From assembly GCA_045863395.1 (NCBI GenBank), contig BTVJ01000105.1, positions 1 to 24,038 of the forward strand: a stretch of 24,038 bases of DNA, read 5' to 3'. Of this stretch, positions 24,037 through 24,038 are shown piece by piece. The notes beneath the pieces are model-generated. The model had not been told where the DNA came from, did not search any database, and saw only the letters and a list, made by a program, of their open reading frames with translations. Positions within the stretch are counted from its first letter, which is position 1. Every line of letters begins with the position of its first letter. This DNA is from Myxococcales bacterium (GTDB taxonomy: Bacteria; Myxococcota_A; UBA9042; JABWCM01; BTVJ01). Both the position numbers and the translations under genes were made by a program.

Positions 24037-24038
24037 GG

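Noticed and set aside
23250..24038. Regular repeat array as a possible CRISPR
   Set aside because: The whole 111-bp unit repeats, there are no unique spacers, the period is a multiple of three within an open frame, and no cas genes are present.

Overview
Very GC-rich bacterial chromosomal window. Gene content and cysteine-rich repeat proteins suggest a Myxococcota/deltaproteobacterial lineage (inference). It is mostly housekeeping: hybrid histidine kinase, TPR-zincin, rsmB, a UPF0104/LPG-synthase-like membrane protein, a UbiA-family phosphoribosyltransferase, holA, rpsT, holB-ricT-tatD, an amidohydrolase, AI-2E and DMT transporters, and an rplC standing outside the S10 operon. Partial cysteine-rich repeat genes lie at both ends (tenascin-type EGF repeats; 111-bp CTDC-type repeats). 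The most striking element is a translationally coupled minus-strand operon at 15133-9318: Uma2 nuclease, MoeB/ThiF E1-like enzyme, TusA, degenerate E1-like protein, JAB peptidase, LarE-like sulfur transferase and a membrane gluzincin-TPR protein. The two E1-like proteins have complementary losses. One keeps the ATP and catalytic motifs but lacks the N-terminal arginine-finger segment; the other keeps that segment but has lost the ATP motifs. This resembles eukaryotic heterodimeric E1s. No ubiquitin-like carrier and no larA/B/C gene is in the window. No rRNA, tRNA, CRISPR array or transposase was recognised.
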